Assembly: GCA_018054125.1 (NCBI GenBank)
Contig: JAGPKD010000001.1
Coordinates: 27,147 to 91,146, forward strand
Reading direction: 5' to 3'
DNA: 64,000 bases
Source: Candidatus Oleihabitans oleiphilus
GTDB lineage: Bacteria > Atribacterota > Phoenicimicrobiia > Phoenicimicrobiales > Stramentimicrobiaceae
Shown: one piece after another, positions 59,663 to 64,000 of the stretch
Numbering within the stretch: position 1 is the stretch's first letter
Layout of the letters: every line of letters starts with the position of its first letter
The notes under the pieces: generated by a model
The model's database searches: none
What the model was told of the DNA's origin: nothing
The model's input: the letters and a program-made list of their open reading frames with translations, nothing else
Program-made: the position numbers and the translations under genes

Positions 59663-59783
59663 AATAACTATTACAGAGCTGTTTTTATATTTATTCTTAG
59701 AGGAGCAGAGGAGCAAGAATAAAAAGTTAGCTTAACATTCCCTTGTTTTGGACCTTGTTTTGTTTTTGTGAGAGGGATTTAAT

Positions 59784-60512
59784 ATGAGAAGATATTTGGT
59801 TGGGACCTCAGGGTGGAATTATGATAGCTGGAAAGGTGTTTTCTATCCTGAAGAGCTACCCAGAAAGAAGTGGCTTAACTATTACAGTCAAAAATTTCCA
59901 ACTGTGGAGGTCAATGCGACTTTTTATAGAGAGTTTAGGGATAGCACCTATCTAAAATGGCGAGATACTGTATTGGAGGATTTCTATTTTGTACTCAAGG
60001 CACCAAAAGTTGTTACCCATAGAAACTATCTGAAAAACTCATCTGAAATTATTAAGAGATTCTCCAAAGCCACCTCCAACCTTGGTAATAAATTTGGGTT
60101 AATTTTACTGCAACTTGCTCCCAATACCCCATATAATATTGAACTTCTTGCTGAAGCTCTCTTATCCTTTGCTAAACCGAAAAAAGTAGCAGTTGAATTT
60201 AGAAATGAGAAATGGGAAACAGATGAGGTTAAAAAGCTATTGAGAGAAATAGGTGCTATTTATTGCATGGTCGATTCACCAAAAACCAGACTGGTACCCT
60301 GTTTTACTTCAGAAATTGGCTATATACGTCTCCATGGTAAAAAGAGGTGGTACAATTATGACTATTCCGATAGAGAGCTGGAGGAGATTGCTGAAGTTGC
60401 TAAGAGTGGAATAGATTATGGCTGTAAGCAGGTATTTATCTTCTTTAATAATGATGTTAATGCTTATGCTCCTAGAAATGCAAACAGGATTTTAGAGATG
60501 TTTGGGAAATAG
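59784..60512 (+). CDS. DUF72 (YecE-like) family protein
   Basis: N-terminal YLVGTSGWNYDSWKGVFYP signature of DUF72. Confidence 0.7.
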   Translation: MRRYLVGTSGWNYDSWKGVFYPEELPRKKWLNYYSQKFPTVEVNATFYREFRDSTYLKWRDTVLEDFYFVLKAPKVVTHRNYLKNSSEIIKRFSKATSNLGNKFGLILLQLAPNTPYNIELLAEALLSFAKPKKVAVEFRNEKWETDEVKKLLREIGAIYCMVDSPKTRLVPCFTSEIGYIRLHGKKRWYNYDYSDRELEEIAEVAKSGIDYGCKQVFIFFNNDVNAYAPRNANRILEMFGK

Positions 60513-60523
60513 AGAAGAGTATT

Positions 60524-61066
60524 TTAGTATTTATTATAAGTTCTAATTTGTTCTATTTCTTTGCGTTTCTTTGCACGAATTTCACTGGAGGCAGGATAAC
60601 CCATCGTGATAATAAGTTCAACTCTTTTTGATGGAGGGATGTGAAGTAAATTTTTTACTCCAACCTCATCAAACCATCCTAAAATGCAGGTACCTAATCC
60701 TTCTTCAGTTGCCTGAAGACAGATATTTGCAGTAGCCAGGCCAATATCGATTAAGTTAAATGGTTTTTTCTTAATTGCCTGTGCGGTTCTATTGAGAATA
60801 TTCGGTCTTTCTGAAATTACTAGAATTAGAACTGGTGCTTGAAGAGCAAAGCGGTTAAAAGAAACTATATTGTTAAAAGTTTTTCTGGCTACTGCTTCCT
60901 TTAATGCTGGGTCATCAATTACTATAAATTTCCAGGGTTGAATATTGCTGGCAGAAGGAGCCAGACGAGCTGCTTCAAGGCATCGTTCAATCTTTTCACG
61001 TTCGACAGGTCGATTTTGGTATTCCCGAACACTTTGTCTTGTTTTTACCAGCTCTAAGAAATTCAT
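60524..61066 (-). CDS. nitroreductase-family protein
   Basis: FMN-binding motif RQSVREY and the PSASNIQPWKFIVI signature. Confidence 0.75.
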   Translation of the reverse strand: MNFLELVKTRQSVREYQNRPVEREKIERCLEAARLAPSASNIQPWKFIVIDDPALKEAVARKTFNNIVSFNRFALQAPVLILVISERPNILNRTAQAIKKKPFNLIDIGLATANICLQATEEGLGTCILGWFDEVGVKNLLHIPPSKRVELIITMGYPASSEIRAKKRKEIEQIRTYNKY

Positions 61067-61408
61067 TTTTTCACCTTTATGAGAATTCTTTTTAAAAAAT
61101 CTATCTTATTTATAATATTTTTATAATAAATTTTATTTTTGTCTAAATGGGAACTATGCTCTATCTTAAAAGCTACTCAGAATTATTTACTTATTTAAAT
61201 AAAGAATGTTTCCTAGTATTGGCTCGAAATTTTTAAATATTTCAATATTAAAATATAGCATAACTTATCTATTAAGAGTAGTCAAATTAGTTTTTTAGGC
61301 CAGAATATTTGACAGAATAGCAATATACTATAAGATGAAAGTATGAAAACAGAAAAATTTGATGCCCTTATTTCCCAGTAATATTTTTAGGTGAGGATAA
61401 ATAACGAA

Positions 61409-63508
61409 ATGAAAAGAATAATTTTTTTAAAATTGTTAATAATACTGTTAATAACATTCATCATGCCCCTTATTAGCTTAACCTCATTTTCCTCATCCAT
61501 AAAGGTAAGGGAATATATTGAGGGTAAATTTCCCTCAATCTTTATCTTTTATCTTGCCTCTCTGGAGGAGTTGGATGAAAACGAGATGGAATTTATTGAT
61601 TTATTGGAAGAGCTACCAGGCGATGAACAGAGAGTTTTAGCCAGGGAAGTATATGAAAGAGGATTTTCCCTGGAACTTTTAGAAAAGATAAGAAACTGGC
61701 AGAAAAAAGTGGAAAAGCCCTTCTTAAAGGTAGCCTATCCTCGCCAAACTGGACAGAGAATAAGGGGTAACCCTATCTTTGTCTTTGGCTCTACCACTCC
61801 TGCTCAGGAAGTGAAGGTTACTGTTAATGAGGTGGAGGTAGAAAAATTTGATCATCGAACAGGAAATTTCCTTACCCTGGTAGAAGTGCCCACTGGCAGA
61901 GAATTTCCCATTAAAGTTACCGCTACTAGAAAGGGAGAGGAAACTTCCGTAGAAAGGAAAGTTATCTATGAACCAGTATGGCAGGAAATGCCAGTCCATC
62001 CTCTAGCCATTCATGCTACCAATGTAGTACCAAAACAGGATCAAGTACTCGGAGAAGGTGATTGGTTGAGGGTAATTGTGCAGGGAAGTCCGGAGGCGGA
62101 AGCAGTATTTCGTATTGGTCATAATTCTCAGGAAATAACAATGGTGGAATTAGATGCCTTACCATCACCTTTAGAGGGGAAAGGGGTGTATATGGGTAGT
62201 TACTTAGTAAAGAAGGAAGATGTTCCTTTACTGGGTGAGAGTGCCCCTCAATCTATTACCGTCACTCTGCGTAGAGCAAATAACCAGGTCAGCCGGGAAT
62301 TGCCCGGAAGGGTAATTTTTACCTCTGGAATACCGCCCCGTATTGTGGAGGTTACCGGCAGTAGAACCAGAATGTACCAGGTTAGGGAAGTTAGAGCAGA
62401 TTCATTTAATCTGCTTGGTTTTACTCTGGGTGGCGATGGTGCGCTTACCCAGGTAATGAATTTTGATTTGTTACCTAAAACACGCTTTGTAATTTCTGGT
62501 AGGGCTGGAGAATACCTACGGGTGAAATTAGGAGAAGAAAACTATTTAATTCACCAAAACGATGTGCAAGAAGTGGAAGGAGAATTAAAAAACCCATTTA
62601 CTACTCTTTCTAAAATATCCTTAAAAGAGATGGAAACAGAAACAGAAATTCGTCTTAATAGCCAGGAGCAAATCCCATTTTTAATAGAAGATGAATCTCA
62701 AGGACTGAGGTTAATTCTCTATGGTGCGCAAAAAAGTGAGAATATTATCTTTGAAGGACAGTCCTCTTCAGTTAAGACGATAGAGGTAAGCACTCTATCC
62801 CCAGAAGACTCTAGTGAAGCGGTGCTCATCAATATTGAGTTATATCATTTCTTAGCAGGATTTAATTACTACTGGGATGGTACTGAGCTGGTAATTAGTA
62901 TCAGAAAATTACCAGATATTTCAGAATATAATCCTCTGCAGGGGAAAGTAATAGTGCTTGATCCAGGACATGGCGGTGAATCTATAGGAGCTATTGGTCC
63001 CGGTGATATTCATGAAAAAGAGGTGGTACTGGAAATTGCTAAATTCCTGCAAGGCTTATTAATAGAAAAGGGAGCCCAGGTTATTATGACTCGTAGCCAG
63101 GATATAAATGTTAATGTCCAAAAACGTATAGATATGGCCGTAGAAAATAAAGCTGATCTTTTTATTAGTATCCATGCCAATTCCCATGCCGAAGGTGCTG
63201 ATGCCATTAATTATCACGGACCTATGACCCTTTATAATTATCATTATAACGAAAAGCTGGCCGAAATTATGCTGGCTAATTTAGTAAAAAGGACTGGACT
63301 TCCTCCGGCCAGGGTATGGCAAAGGGCTGACCTTACTGTACTAAGGTGCCCTCAGCTGCCCAGTGTGCTGGTGGAAACAGCTTTTCTAATGCATCCTGAT
63401 GATAACTGGTACCTTCTCCAACCCGAGTATCAGTATGAAATTGCTAAGGCAATTGCCGATGGTATTGTTGATTATTTTCTCTATTTGAAATCATCTAAAG
63501 CAGTCTAA
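61409..63508 (+). CDS. N-acetylmuramoyl-L-alanine amidase (Amidase_3, AmiC-like) with a large N-terminal non-catalytic region and signal/TM anchor (alternative GTG start at 61391)
   Basis: C-terminal amidase_3 motifs (VLDPGHGG, SIHANS, ETAFL). The N-terminal hydrophobic segment is LKLLIILLITFIMPLI. Confidence 0.7.
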   Translation: MKRIIFLKLLIILLITFIMPLISLTSFSSSIKVREYIEGKFPSIFIFYLASLEELDENEMEFIDLLEELPGDEQRVLAREVYERGFSLELLEKIRNWQKKVEKPFLKVAYPRQTGQRIRGNPIFVFGSTTPAQEVKVTVNEVEVEKFDHRTGNFLTLVEVPTGREFPIKVTATRKGEETSVERKVIYEPVWQEMPVHPLAIHATNVVPKQDQVLGEGDWLRVIVQGSPEAEAVFRIGHNSQEITMVELDALPSPLEGKGVYMGSYLVKKEDVPLLGESAPQSITVTLRRANNQVSRELPGRVIFTSGIPPRIVEVTGSRTRMYQVREVRADSFNLLGFTLGGDGALTQVMNFDLLPKTRFVISGRAGEYLRVKLGEENYLIHQNDVQEVEGELKNPFTTLSKISLKEMETETEIRLNSQEQIPFLIEDESQGLRLILYGAQKSENIIFEGQSSSVKTIEVSTLSPEDSSEAVLINIELYHFLAGFNYYWDGTELVISIRKLPDISEYNPLQGKVIVLDPGHGGESIGAIGPGDIHEKEVVLEIAKFLQGLLIEKGAQVIMTRSQDINVNVQKRIDMAVENKADLFISIHANSHAEGADAINYHGPMTLYNYHYNEKLAEIMLANLVKRTGLPPARVWQRADLTVLRCPQLPSVLVETAFLMHPDDNWYLLQPEYQYEIAKAIADGIVDYFLYLKSSKAV

Positions 63509-63724
63509 TAGATTTATTAGAATAGCATTTAGCGAAAAAAAGATTTATAATAAAAAGGTAATAGTGCTGCTTTTATGCTTTTAGGGATATCATTTCAATT
63601 TATTTACTTTATAATATAGATTGAGTGGCAAATAAATAAGGGGGTGATTTAATAAAAATATTTTTTGAAAAGTTTTAGTTTTGATATGAACTGATTTAAA
63701 ATATTTAAGGAGGTATCTAATAAT

Positions 63725-64000
63725 ATGTTTAATATGTTTAGAATCAAAATTAGCAGAGGATTAATGATTTCCGTACTGACCTGCTTAATTGTAGTGAGCT
63801 CAATGGTCTTTGTTTTTGGGGCAGAAAAAGAAATTGTAGTGTTGTCTTTTAATGATTTTCATGGTAGCCTGGCTCCTTCCGGGAAAAACGTGGGGGCAGC
63901 AAAGTTGGCCGATGCCTTAAAGACTGAGCAGGCAAAGAATCCTGAAGGAACGATTATCGTCTCAGCCGGGGATAATTATCAGGGAAGTGCCATGTCTAAT
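63725..64000 (+). CDS. 5'-nucleotidase / calcineurin-like metallophosphoesterase, 3'-partial
   Basis: Signal peptide followed by VLSFNDFHGSL ... AGDNYQGS metallophosphatase motifs. The frame is open to the window end. Confidence 0.6.
   Translation, partial: MFNMFRIKISRGLMISVLTCLIVVSSMVFVFGAEKEIVVLSFNDFHGSLAPSGKNVGAAKLADALKTEQAKNPEGTIIVSAGDNYQGSAMSN

Overview
AT-rich (roughly 35% GC) bacterial chromosomal window. The first ~11.6 kb is a conserved arginine-biosynthesis operon (carA partial, carB, argC, argJ, argB, argD, argG, argH). Housekeeping and accessory genes follow: a MarR regulator, a Ca-type P-type ATPase, a MrfA/MrfB-like DEXH helicase plus DEDDh exonuclease pair, a NudC-like Nudix hydrolase, cupins, a HAD hydrolase, a class V aminotransferase, a DAACS symporter, signal peptidase I, and an NfrB-like GT2 glycosyltransferase with tandem MshEN (c-di-GMP receptor) domains. 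Next come a HAD plus PflX-like radical SAM operon, DMT and ZIP transporters, and a c-di-GMP signalling trio (PAS-GAF-GGDEF, PAS-GAF-HD-GYP, PAS-GAF). Then there is an orphan holin / M15 peptidase / BhlA-like lysis cassette with a DUF1659/DUF2922-like pair. A very large Ski2/Hel308-like helicase fused to an OmpR-type winged-helix DNA-binding domain follows. After it lies a toxin-antitoxin and abortive-infection island (HEPN-MNT, Abi_2, DUF4258/DUF2283, HigBA) containing an IS transposase remnant bracketed by ~90-bp inverted repeats. The window ends with a further metabolic and transport block (PanE, secreted hydrolase, PurM-like, MFS, ThrC-like, DUF72, nitroreductase, AmiC-like amidase, 5'-nucleotidase partial). 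The most striking feature is an unusual density of short structured repeats at almost every operon boundary, falling into at least six families. Family A is a ~250-bp composite element upstream of five operons. Family B is a 9-bp-stem hairpin sitting 24-35 nt upstream of several start codons. Family C is a GGGAGAGG-type palindrome. Family D is a perfect 14-bp inverted repeat. Family E is aactgaaaac direct repeats. Family F is an 11-bp-stem hairpin confined to the TA island, one copy of which carries a nested MITE-like insertion. No CRISPR array, rRNA or convincing tRNA was seen.
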